Source: Amoeboaphelidium protococcarum X5 (Eukaryota > Fungi > Aphelidiomycota). From it: 64,000 bases of DNA. This document shows positions 27,768-39,622 of this stretch, in pieces (position 1 is the stretch's first letter; the number at the start of each line of letters is the position of its first letter). The notes under the pieces were generated by a model, which was not told where the DNA came from, searched no databases, and saw only the letters and a program-made list of their open reading frames with translations. The DNA is taken from positions 112,441-176,440 of the forward strand of contig JALDTO010000206.1 in the NCBI GenBank assembly GCA_023515725.1. Reading direction: 5' to 3'. The translations under genes and the position numbers were made by a program.

Positions 27768-28250
27768 TCAAGATCTTGGAGCTTCCTTGTAAGACAGGAC
27801 AGCCTCCTCATTCAGAGCCTTAGTGACAGAGACAATCAGCTCCTTACCCTCATCAAAGTCAGCCTACAGCTTGTCACCCAACTCTCCCTCAGGCATCTTA
27901 ACATCGTCCTTGGTGGTTCCATCGGGCAACATCAGAGACAGGAAACCATCATCAATGTTCAACACTGTGTAATCGTTACGTGCAACGACAGGCACCTCCA
28001 TGTTGTGGGTAGATGGGGAAATATCTTCATACTTCTTACCAGTGAAAATATCGATACCAACCATGTGCACCTTGGCGTGACCGTGCTTTCCAGTCTTGGA
28101 GGTGGACATGTCTACAATTTTACATGGGCGGCCCTTCATCATGACCATACCGTTCTTACGCAGAGCAGAACACTGCATAGGAAAGGTGGCAGAGGCATTG
28201 CTTCCACCCTACTGCTCAAACTCGTGCAAATGTTGCTCGTCGTCAGCCAT
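27768..28250 (-). CDS. EIF5A: Translation factor eIF5A, 160 aa
   Basis: [13 protein letters not shown] and the hypusine motif [12 protein letters not shown]. Continues through TAG to ...YKEAPRS*. Confidence 0.98.
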
Positions 28251-28722
28251 TTTTTTTCGTGCTTAAATATAATAACAGAGATCTTAATGAAGATGAATGA
28301 GATTCAATAACACGCGACAATACTGAAGCTGCTTTGGTGAGCTTTGAATATTCGCGACAAAAAAGCTCAAAAAGGTTTCGGTTGGAAATCTCGGACGCGA
28401 CAAGCGAACGACGCGTTTTGAGTGATTTTCTCAAAGTGTTTCAACTATATTGCTGTTAACGGAGCTCTATTAAGATAAAATGTGTCACTTTCCAATCCAG
28501 GTACATTATTTGTATTTACACTTTATGCGTCAGCGTTACATTTGATTGAATGGAAAATGAAGGCATAATTTTTACGATCATCGCCTTACAGCTGTGGACA
28601 CCTGATCGTGATAACAGTTCGTTGAAACGCGTATCTAATTCTGAAACAGCCATTCGATGCGAAGAGAGAACTGTTTTCTATTGTCTTTCTGATAAATAGC
28701 TAAAGATATCTATCATCTAAAA

Positions 28723-29478
28723 ATGACAATAGGCCTAAATGAATTCTAAATTAAGGGGGAGTAAAACTCTTAGTATGATGAATAGGATATCAGAAATATT
28801 CCATAGACTGGTGATATGAAAGAAACTCTCTAAACAACTTATCATATAGATGAATTTGAAACAAGCCTTGGTAGTGAGTTTGATATTGCAATGCAAAAAA
28901 TAAGGGATGTTGTCCAGAGAATGAAATCAACAATAGTTTAGAAGGACACCGAGGATGATAACATGGAAAAGTCTTAGTGTAAATAGCAAATATCGAGATA
29001 CTAAAGCCCACTGGCTGTGCGAAAAGTATTTGCCTAATGCACTCCCAGGAAACATCCATATTCTCCCAAAACGCCTTCGAAACTCAGCATTGTGACGTGT
29101 CCTGCAGTATAATCAAGTCCTGCTGACTAGTCTTTGGACTCTTTATCATCTGATTCATTTGACAGAACGCCTGAATAAGCTAAAAAGTTGTTTGATAAGA
29201 TTGCTGACATCAGAGCCATGGTCAATAAACTTTAATTGTCAGATAAAGACTCAAAGTCGCCACAAGAATTTAAATCATAGCTTTAAAATGGTAAGGAAAA
29301 TGAGGCTAATACCCTGTAATCAGTGGGTAATCTACAATCTTCTTTAACTGTTAATAAAAAAGGATAAGCAACAGTGTGTGACGATTCTGTATTCTATAGA
29401 AACTTCTCCCTCGATCAAGAAGACACAGACTTGAATGAAGTCTCTATTATCGAAAATTCTATGCTACGTGATGTTTGA
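28723..29478 (+). CDS. Hypothetical protein (disordered/coiled-coil, S/T-P rich), ~251 aa
   Basis: TGA-free table-6 frame from ATG 28723 to TGA 29476 that fills an otherwise empty gap. No recognised domain. Confidence 0.55.
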
Positions 29479-29753
29479 TTTAATTAAATTGGTGATGATT
29501 ATATTCTTGGTTTTATGAAATAAAGTATTTAAAAAACTATTCATTTCTGACGTGCAATGATAATGCTCGATTATAGAACGTCACAACACATTGTTGCATT
29601 GATTGATCTCATTGGCTGATTGCTTCTTGCAGTCTCGTGAATCAATGTCACCTCGTCTGTCTTATAAGACAACAGCACTTTAATTCTCGTGGTTTCCGAT
29701 ACTTAATCTATCGCTAAATTAAAATATTATCAGAAAAGTTGCTATTAAATAGA

Positions 29754-31001
29754 ATGAAATTTTAGAGAATACCTTTAATGAAGGCCATTGTCGTTGTGGG
29801 ATCGTTGTTGTTTCATGTCAGCGCACAGGTGTCATTCTCAATGGAGTCTAGCTCTAATGGAAGAAAGGTGTCGCGTCATGGCCAACTTAATGCCGGTGAA
29901 AGTGAATATATTAAGATGGAAAGCGGTAGTGGCGGTCCACTCAAAATGACTTAGTCGTAGAATTCATAGTATACTGATGATGATGATGAGATGTATGACA
30001 GCACAGACGATTATGATAATTGGGTGGATCGCGCGTATAGAGACGATGATAATTATTACTCTGGCCGTACAGATGATGGTCATAGAAGAAAGCCATCACA
30101 CTAGTTCGAAAAGTTTAGAAGTGACAAGGCTGATAGTGGAAAAGTTTAAGTGCCATCTGCAAAGGAAGCCAATGCAATGCCAAAGAATTATGCGAAAGAT
30201 CATCATTTCATTCCAATGATGCAGTATGATCAGTAGGGAAATCTGCTCTCTAATAGCACAAATGATAGTGATAAATAGGCACAAGACGGTGCTAATATCT
30301 TCATGGGAGTCCTTATCATGCTTACCGGTTTGGTGTTCCTTTTCTTTGGTAGACGCATTTTTAAACCTGCTCTATTTCTGGCTGGATTTTACGTGTTTGC
30401 CGGTCTAATGTATGTTATCCTTGTACACGTGGAGACATTCAAGAAGGATGGGTAATCCAACTGGGGATCTAGCCGTACAACAATTTATATTTGCTCTTCA
30501 ATCGCTGCCGGAATTGTCGGGGGTTTTATCCTTAGTGCGTTCTGGAAACTCGGACTCTTTGCTATGGGTGGACTTGGTGGATTCACTGTCGCGATTTACA
30601 TCATGTCGTGGTCATCAAAAACTTTAATCTAAAATGATAGTGGTAGAACCGTTCTAATCGTATTCCTCTGCGTCATTGGAGGCATCACGGCCATGTTCTT
30701 TGAGAATCACTTGATAATCATTTCGACTAGTTTTGCAGGTGCGTACGGTTTAATGTATGGCGTGGATACATTTTTGAATTCAGGTTTCCGTAATGCTGCG
30801 TCATCAATACTACGCGGACATCCCGCTGACTATCAGATTCACGATTCGCGAGTGTACACTCTGCTTGGGTGCATGTTGGCCTGCTTTGCTGTAGGACTTG
30901 CCGTCCAATACGGATGGACATCTAGAAATGCAGAGCCAGTATCTGTTCGCCGTAAGTAAGAGTACAAAGTGCCTCCACGTAACAAATATGAATAAATCTG
31001 A
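29754..31001 (+). CDS. Multi-pass membrane protein, TMEM198/TM7SF3 (DUF4203) family, ~415 aa
   Basis: Signal peptide and acidic ectodomain, then Gly-rich TMs (FFGRRIFKPALFLAGF, GGLGGF, IISTSFAGAYGLMYGVDTF, GLAVQY). Confidence 0.8.
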
Positions 31002-31092
31002 GACTTTGGTCAAGCTGCTGATTATAGTTTTAAAGTGAATGATTATAAAAATAGAAATAGTTTTGATGATAGCAATTTCATTTATAACAAAT

Positions 31093-32043
31093 TCAAACTT
31101 GGTTTAGATAATTACTAGGAGCGATTCCAGTGGTTCCATCCTTCTTCTTCACCTACCACCACTTACCATTGTTATCGAGCACGTCAAGTACTTCACCCTT
31201 CTCGAAAGAGATCTCATTAGGATCCGATGGATTAGCAGCGTAACTGTAAAGAGCCTTAGCCTGAAGCATCACACTGGCTCCGGCAGAAGATGCACCTGCA
31301 GGCATTGCAGAGTTTCTGGCACTATCAGTCGCAGCTTCACTAACAACACTAGGCACTTTGGGATCAACCACCACAGAGTCCACTCGCTAATCTGCGGCAT
31401 AAGGATTTCCACCATAAACAGAATTTGTAGGCCTCGATGCAGATGGTTCATTTAACTACTACTATGATCCACCAATCTCATTGCTATTAGGCATCCTACT
31501 ACCTGTAGCAGCAGATAATGCTCCGGAAAATGGCCTTTCAATCAACCAATACAGACTGTCAATACCAAGTACAATAATCCACTAAAAGTAGATAATCACA
31601 CACATAATTGCACCAGCCAGGAAAGCCTGATTATTACTTCTTAGACCATTAAACTACGATTGAGCGTTAGTTGGAGCATTAGCAAGGGCAGTACCGATGG
31701 TGACACTTCCAGACATGCTATTGGTCAGGTAACTGACACAGAGGATAAGAAACACCGAAAATAGTAATCGAGATTGAGTAATCAGAGGCAACTTCTTGGT
31801 GCGATCAGTGAGAGCCAGTGCTGCAAGCAATGCAATGATAACAAAGAATTAAAACCACAGCGACCACCAGCTGTAACCATTAGCCACAATAGCAGCACTG
31901 CCTCCAACTGCAGCATCCGCCGCATTTCCGCTATTTGCTCGATTAACTTGGCTCTGTAGCGCAGCCAGACCAGACAACTGAACAATCCAACCAATTAAAA
32001 CCACACAGATAGATAACAACCAATACAGCAATGATGTATTCAT
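31093..32043 (-). CDS. SHO1: Sho1-like osmosensor (TM segments plus C-terminal SH3), ~316 aa
   Basis: N-terminal TMs including [10 protein letters not shown]3 domain [52 protein letters not shown]. Confidence 0.9.
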
Positions 32044-32515
32044 TTTAACGATATTTATATTATAATTTTTTATTTTAGTATTAGATAGAAGAGGTAAAAT
32101 GCAATTCTCTTATTCTTTATGAAGATATTATATTGAGACTCAGCAGTTAACAAGGAGGATTTTTAGATTATCTAAGTGTTGATACTTTCAATGGGAATAA
32201 AAGCCAGTATATATAATTAATGAGAATCTGCAGAGTATTAATTAATCTTTACACACGTAAAAGAAAGAGAAAAGAAGAGCAGGAGCCAGAGGGAAAGTGA
32301 CGCACGAAATTCAAAGTGTGATCTTTTGATGAAACGCTGTTGAGCCAATTCCACACGCGCGTTCGTTCAGAATGATCACTCTCTCGTCCAATCACAACGT
32401 AACGTTGCGCCCGTTTAACGCTGTTGTAACACCAATCAGCGAAAATGACCAGATTGATGTAACTGTTCACTTATTTATTTTATTTTTTATTGATGATGAT
32501 GATGATTGATTGAGT

Positions 32516-34227
32516 ATGGGTAGGGAAAGTAAGAAGAGTGGTGCGGCGAAAGGCAAGTCGTAGTAGCAGGTTCTGGTTGATGTTCAAGGGGATTCGGCGT
32601 AGTCCTTTGTGGTTGTTCCGACAGAGTAAGTCTTCTACATTTCAGGTTCTTTACCATTCGTCATTGCTAACCATCCAAGTAAGTATGTAGTCCGTAGAGT
32701 AGTTCGCTGACAGTTCTGGATAACAGAACGGGCAAGAGCTATCAGATACCTATTGATGATGGTCATGTGAAGGCGACTGATTTTGAGCAGATCAAGAAGA
32801 GTTCCGACGATCAGGATGGACTGCGACTGTATGATCCGGCGTATCAGAATACTGCAGTGGCCAAGTCAGCTATTACTTATATTGATGGTGACAATGGTAT
32901 CCTTCTGTATCGCGGTTATCCGATTGAGGAGTTGGCGGAGAAGAGCAACTTCTTGGAGGTTGCCTATCTGCTCATCTATGGTCAGTTACCCGATTAGGTG
33001 CAGTACCAGGCTTGGAGTTCAGAGATTCTGCGCCATACTTTTGTACACACCCGTCTGGCTGATTTGATGAGTAACTTCAACTATGACGCGCATCCTATGA
33101 GTATGTACATTTCTGGTATTAGTTCCATGTCTGCGTTCCATCCAGAGGCTAATCCTGCTCTATAAGGCAATGATTTGTACAAGAAGAATCCAAAGATTTT
33201 GAATAAGCAAATCTTTCGCATTCTAGGTATATCTATTATTTTAATGCATTTGTTTTAATGATTAATTCAAAAATACTCTCTATAATGTTTGCATGTAGGA
33301 AAAGCTCCAACGTTGGCTGCAATGTCTTATAGACATAGAATTGGTCGCCCGTACAATTTGCCCAAGAATGGTTTGGATTACACTGAGAATTTCTTGTACA
33401 TGCTTGACCATCTAAATGAGGAAGAGTACCGTCCAAATCCTCGCCTGGCGAGAGCTCTTGATATTCTGTTTATTCTGCATGCTGATCATGAGATGAATTG
33501 CTCCACCGCCGCCATGAGACATATCAGCTCAAGTCTGGTTGATCCGTACAGCGCCGTGGCTGGTAGTTGTGCCGCTCTGTATGGTCCACTGCACGGTGGT
33601 GCCACTCAGAGTGTTGTCCTGCAGTTGATTGAAATCGGATCTGTGGATAATGTGCCGCAGTTCATCGAAGATGTGAAGAATAAGAAGAGAAAGCTGATGG
33701 GATTCGGTCATCGTATCTATACCACGTTTGATCCTCGTAGTAAGATCATTCGCCGCCTTGCTTATGAAGTTTTCGAGATTGTTGGCAAGGAGCCTCTGAT
33801 TGATATCGCATTAAAGTTGGAAGAGGCCGCTCTGAATGATGAGTACTTTATCAAGCGTAAATTGTATCCCAATGTCGACTTCTACTCTGGTATCATTTAT
33901 AAGGCAATGGGCTTCCCGCTGGACTTCTTCCCCGTCCTGTTTGCCATACCTCGTATCTGCGGATACTTGGCTCATTGGAAAGAATCTCTGGAGGATTAGG
34001 GTGGTAAAATTTGGAGACCAAGATAGGTGTATGTTGGTGCTCAGCGTAGATCTTATCAGCCACTGGAGTTAAGAGAGTCTGCACGTCAACCTAACCAGCC
34101 GGATAGTGCGTACATCAAGACTCTGGCTGATCACCATCCATTCTCAAAGCGCACCATGGCTGCTTCATGGGAAGGAAATGGAAAGAATGGTGCCATTGCT
34201 GGTGGAAAGTAGCAGAGTAAGTTGTGA
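32516..34227 (+). CDS. Citrate synthase, peroxisomal/glyoxysomal type, 3 exons, ~524 aa
   Basis: Motifs [59 protein letters not shown] and YPNVDFYSG. Ends GGK-TAG-CAG-AGT-AAG-TTG-TGA = QQSKL* (PTS1). Introns 32626-32690 and 33227-33298. Confidence 0.95.
32626..32690 (+). other. Spliceosomal intron, 65 nt (citrate synthase intron 1)
   Basis: GTAAGT...GCTAAC (branch point)...TATGTAG; restores the frame. An in-frame alternative acceptor exists at 32702. Confidence 0.75.
33227..33298 (+). other. Spliceosomal intron, 72 nt (citrate synthase intron 2)
   Basis: GTATAT...CATGTAG, AT-rich, with an in-frame TGA at 33259. Removal gives the conserved IFRILG|KAPTLAA. Confidence 0.92.
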
Positions 34228-34301
34228 GAAATTGTCGACAAGTAATACTTATGATAATGGATTAATGTCAATCATCATTACTATATCAATCAATCAGTCA
34301 A

Positions 34302-36049
34302 TCAATCTTGATATCTATCATCAGGTTACAATTCTTCAAGTTCAAAAGATTCATTGCGCCGGATGCTCTATTATCGTTACAAGTTCTGATACCTTCTGCG
34401 ACCTTTGTATTGCTTGTACTTTTTCCAGATGTAAATAGATACAGCAGACAGTATCGCAATAATAATGATTACATACAAGGCTTGGAATTTCGACAGACTA
34501 CTCTCATCTTTATGATGATGTTTAGGATCCTTGATTTTGGGGTGGTTATTAGCTTTACCAACAATGATAGAATCATTAAAAGAATTCCCGCCGTGAAGAC
34601 TCTCATTTACAAGCCTCAACAGTGCACCACCCTGATCATAACCAAACATATGCGAGGCATTATAAACTCTATAATAACTGAGATTTCCATTGCGAAATCC
34701 AGCTCCATCTTGAGCATTCCACTGTTGAAGCGAGATAGATGACTTTTTCATATGATTAACCAAGCTAGCTTCCACGCCAATGTAATTACACAGCATATCC
34801 TAATCTCCAACTGCCACTACAATTCTCATCTACCGTAGTAGCTTGGGGAACATGTAGATAGTTGAAGCGGATGAATCATCTTTAAGTGCAGCATACACCA
34901 AGTTAGAAGACTCTCCCCATTACCCGGGATAATCGACAGCATTTATAGCATCCACCACAGAGGAATTCTAAAGAAATCGTTGCATAGCATCAACCTCAGG
35001 CGGCCAGTCCATACCGTCTTCATTCCCCCTAATCCTTATGTCATACGCATTCAAGTAGTTGGAAGCATTAAGAGATTATTTATTGAGTCTCAGAATTAGA
35101 TTAGTAACTTCATCACAAGTTCTATCAGTGACTTTTACAGTAGTTTAGTTATTCATGCTTGGCTATTTTAAGCATTTAGTTTAAGCATCCGCAACTTTTT
35201 ATAAATCACTCCCAGATACTATGCCATGCTATTTTGCATAATGATAATAGGAGGCATACTGTCTTAATGGATCCAACCATGGATTAGTCAAAATCAATCC
35301 CTACAAGTTACGATTATAGTGATATTCTTCCAACATACAGTAAACATCTAATAATAAGATATAAATACCTCCAGCTGAACGCCCAATTGCTTAAACTTAA
35401 CAGATTACAGTAACTACTGCGCAAAATAAGGGATATAAACACCAGCATATGACTCTCCACCTATCCATAACCGTTTGAACCCCAGTTGGGAGAATATACG
35501 AAAGAAGTGGAGCATAAATAGCTCAAACTCAGCAGCAGCCATAGTGACATTATTCATCAATCCATTTTCAGTGTCGGACACGTAGGAGAATCCTGTGCCC
35601 ACAGGCTAGTCAACGTACATCACACTGGCGAGTTGAGTGAGAGACCAAGGATTGGGAACGATAGTGTCATTCACTGTGATCCTGAACGGACCATTCTCCA
35701 GAAGTACTCCATCCATCGAACTAACTCCAGGACCACCATTCAGCCATATGATGAGTGTATCATTAAGTGTAACACTAGGTTCTACACTGACTCAACTCAA
35801 CCACATAGATAAAAAAGTTTTAACAACACTAAATCAAAGTCAGAAAATCATCATACTGGATTGAAAGAGCCAAAAGAACAAGTGACCATCATGAATGTCA
35901 TCAACTTCCAGATGACCAGCATACTGAGCGTGAAATAAGCCATTCGACTGCAGACCAACATTACTCAACCCAACACGTCGCTGAGTATTATTATTGTTGT
36001 TGTTATCATTGTAATCAGGGAGTAGTAGAAAGTCATCTATCCGTTTCAT
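34302..36049 (-). CDS. KEX1: Serine carboxypeptidase S10, Kex1-like, with C-terminal TM, 3 exons, ~534 aa
   Basis: Motifs YAGHLEV, WLNGGPGVSSMDG, DQPVGTGFS, GESYAGVYIP, GDQDMLCNY and NASHM. TM YVIIIIAILSAVSIYIW. Introns 35782-35856 and 35301-35368. Confidence 0.88.
35301..35368 (-). other. Spliceosomal intron, 68 nt (carboxypeptidase intron 2)
   Basis: GTATTT...CTTGTAG. Removal gives VQLE|GLILTNPWLDP and corrects the frame change. Confidence 0.88.
35782..35856 (-). other. Spliceosomal intron, 75 nt (carboxypeptidase intron 1)
   Basis: GTATGA...GTCAGTGTAG with an in-frame TGA. Only the TGTAG acceptor, not the CAG 5 nt upstream, keeps the frame into WLNGGPG. Confidence 0.8.
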
Positions 36050-36592
36050 CTTTATCTAATTGTGTTCAGTAAAGAACAAAAAGATTCAAAACACGTCGCG
36101 TTCAACAATTGATAGATGAGAGTGACCTTACGGCGTACAATAAACGTTCGAATGGGCTGTGAGAGCTTCGCGTAAGTGAAACATCGACTTATTTCGCGCG
36201 TGTTTCGTTTTAAAAAGTTATTTCAAGCTTATGTCTTAAACTTTAAGCCATTCGTGTGATATTATGATGTTATGACAAGATTCTGGAGACTTGAGCTCTT
36301 GTTCATATGACTTTTTATGGATTGGTTATTGGCAGTATATTCCATTAATCATGCATAGACATCCAACCGAAGTCGTTCATTCCAGAACTTGACATATACT
36401 ATCGGCCGATCGGATCAAAGACGCGAAGAACAACGCGGGGCTTCTTCTTTCTCTCCTTTTCCCTCGTTTGCCGACTCGGTTCACTTTTTGTCACCTTGAA
36501 CTACTTACTGTACACGCTCAACACTGCTCTCGCTTTATATATCTTTAAATTTATCAAGTATCGAAAACAACATTTATTAGTAAATAGCACAG

Positions 36593-38413
36593 ATGCAGAT
36601 TGATTCAGATGCTATATTGAGAAAAGTGCTGAAAGCCTAAAGTACCATGCTTAAATAATAACACCGTCGTACTGATAATAATGATAATGATAATAATGAA
36701 GCTGGATTGTAGGGTAGACGAGAAATTGCTGAGCCTGTCAAGAATGTGGTAGATGTTCAACGCGGCGTTGACGGTGGAATTAGCCTTGTTGGAGGTAGTA
36801 TGAACAAAGATGGTCGGAAATCAATTGAACAGGTGAATGAAAAGAATTTGCACAACTCACACGAGAGAATGATGAAATCAGTTGTTGTTGATGATGATGC
36901 CGATCTTGGAGACGTGGATAAGAGAGAGATTGACAGTAGTCGCCATCTGTCTACTCGCAATCTTGATAATGGTAATTCTTCTTCTGCTAGTAAGCATCAT
37001 TTTGATATATAATCGTAGGATCAAGGTAGAGCGGCATCGAAGAATGTGTCTTTGGAAGGCAGAGAAAAGTCTCGTCCTCTGGATGATAGAGCCGCTTATG
37101 CTCAGATGATGCGCGACAGTGGTCATTCTCAGTATGGTGCCAGATATGACTACGACTATTATAATCAGTACCGTTAGCCAGCTTATGGTCACCCATCTTC
37201 TTATGGTCAAGACTATTATCAGCGGCGTGATTATCATCGCCGTCACGGATACCCTCAGTAAGATTATGCATCATCATACTACTAGTAGCACTACTATGAG
37301 TAACCATATGGTGGTAGGTACGGTGATGAGAGATAGCATAGTAGAAGCTAGAGCCGATCCGCGTCTCGCCACAATAGCAGAGATTATGGTGACGAGGCGC
37401 GTTATGATCCTTACCCGAGACCTCCAGTTGGTTCTGGGCGTGGTGGTGAATATGGACCATCCGCGCATGGTGATAGACGCGTTAATAGCAGTAATAGACA
37501 CAAGTCTTCCGAGAGATCTAAGCCAAAGTCGTTGTAATAGGAATTGGAGAAGCTTACTCGCACAGTCGGCATCCATAATTTGAACAAGAGAGTCGGCGCA
37601 GAGGATTTGATCGACTTCTTTGCCAAGCATCATATTGGTCACATTGTAGATGCGTAGATTGTACGAGACTCACGTACTGGTGCATCTAAAGGCATTGGAT
37701 ATGTTGAATTCCAGTCGGTGGATTCTGTGGGGAAAGCTGTCGATCTGGCTGGCCGTGAGATTATGGGCAATCGATGCATTATTCGTCGCACTGACAATGA
37801 GAGATCTCTGCTGATGAAGTAGATTTGTGAGAATCCAGATGCTCAGATACTACCTGGTCTCTCTTTGAATGCTGATATTAAATCTGTCGATGATTTGTCG
37901 TTGACCACAGGTGCTGTTGATACTTCTTAGCGTGATTCCAATGGTAAAGATGAGTAGAAATCTCTCAAAGTTGAACATTTGCATGAAGCTCTGTCAGAAC
38001 AGGATGTTGAGGCCATCTTTGGTGAGTTTGGCCCTGTTGAGAAGATTCAATTATAAGAACTGAAGACTGCTGGTGGTGGTGTGGCCAGTGGAGGAAATTC
38101 TTCTACTCGTGTGTTCATTGTTACATTCCAGAAGGGGGATGATGCCAAAATGGCTATGGAAGGTCTCAATGGATTTGAACTGGCTGGATAAAAGTTGAAA
38201 GTCACCTGGTAGAATAGAGTCAGTGCATCTGTGAAACGTAAAGGCAGTAGTGTAAATGCAAGTGATAGTAACAAACGTAGGTTTGTCAGTATCTCTGCTG
38301 ATAAAGATGGGCTTGGATAGAATGAATCTGATATTGAAGATGAAGAAGATCAAGTATTAAGTCGCCAGGAGATTATGAAGAGATTAGTGGTGGCTAGAGA
38401 GCATGGGAATTGA
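36593..38413 (+). CDS. RBM39/RBM23 (CAPER)-like splicing factor with two RRMs, ~606 aa
   Basis: Long R/D/Y/H-rich N-terminus. RRM1 RTVGIHNLNKRVGAEDLIDFF...IVRDSRTGASKGIGYVEF. RRM2 LKVEHLHEALSEQDVEAIFGEFG...AMEGLNGFELAGQKLKV. Confidence 0.8.
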
Positions 38414-38454
38414 CCATCTACTGTTATTGTATAAACATTTTTATTGTACTTTCA

Positions 38455-39414
38455 TCATTATAGTCTCTTTAGCTTTCTGGCCAGAAAATCGTCATATTGC
38501 TTTTGTCTACCAGTGGAGCTTGCAGGTTGTTTACGATTGACAAAATTCTATTCAATGCTACATTCGGCTACTTTACTATCATCACTTTTCTTATTCTGTT
38601 CTCTCTGCTGATCTTGTTAATATTGACTGGAGCTTCTATCACCCCACCTTTAAGCTTCCCCCGGGGTCTCATAATTATGATCAGTCTGCCTTTTTATATT
38701 TCGATCACCATCGGTATTTACCTCAGACCCAATGTCTTTATCGGGATTTCTATAAGACTTCTTAAATAGAACAGATGCGCATGATGAACAGACGCGTAAT
38801 TTTACCAGTACCAACTTCATATCAGACTTTGAACTATTTGAACTGGAGACTGAAGATGGATCATTAGTAGTAGCAAGGGTGGAAGATGTCTTATCTCTAT
38901 ATTGGAAGGGGACTTCATAAGTGGATAAACCAGTAATAGAGTCACAAGAAATATTTCCACAAATTCGCTCACCTTTACCAGATTTAACTTCATCTTTAAC
39001 GCGCCATCGCAGTGGTATCTACTTTTATCCACCATTTTATAAAAATAGCTAAACGTCAGTGAGACAATACTCTTTGTACAGCATATCATTATACTTTTTC
39101 AGAGCCTTCTTTTCATAATCTTCAGATTAAAGCTATAATTTAAAAGATTAGATATTCCCCCTGTTAGATGGACTATTAGCATAATCATCATGATCATCTT
39201 CCACAAATTTTATTTTGTCGCGTATCAGATCATAATCAGTTATGAGGTCTCTATTCCAATCATCTTGGTCTCCATGATGGTCATAATAAATCATTCGATC
39301 CAGCTTGAAATCTCTATAATATTAATTGGCATTCGTAAATGATGTCTGCTATTATGTCAAAGCATTGTGATGTCGTTTAGATGTCTAGCTAGATACTTGT
39401 TTAGGATTACTCAT
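38455..39414 (-). CDS. FRA10AC1: FRA10AC1 spliceosomal protein, ~319 aa (absent from ORF track)
   Basis: TDYDLIRDKIKF, YEKKALKKYNDMLYKEYCL, LRWRVKDEVKSGKGERICGNISC and LVKLRVCSSCA. Confidence 0.88.
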
Positions 39415-39622
39415 CACAATTTACACGCGTTGATTCTTAAATGTAAAAAGGTTCAATAAAATAGAACACACGTCATACTGAAAGTGATTAAACTATATCA
39501 AAGATCGCTTGGAAGCATCAAAGTTGGAAGTAAACTTTCTTTATATAAATATCATGTATCCAACCTTTAAATTAAAGCAGAGATGATAAGTAATACAGTA
39601 CTCCTAGTACTTATATATAATT

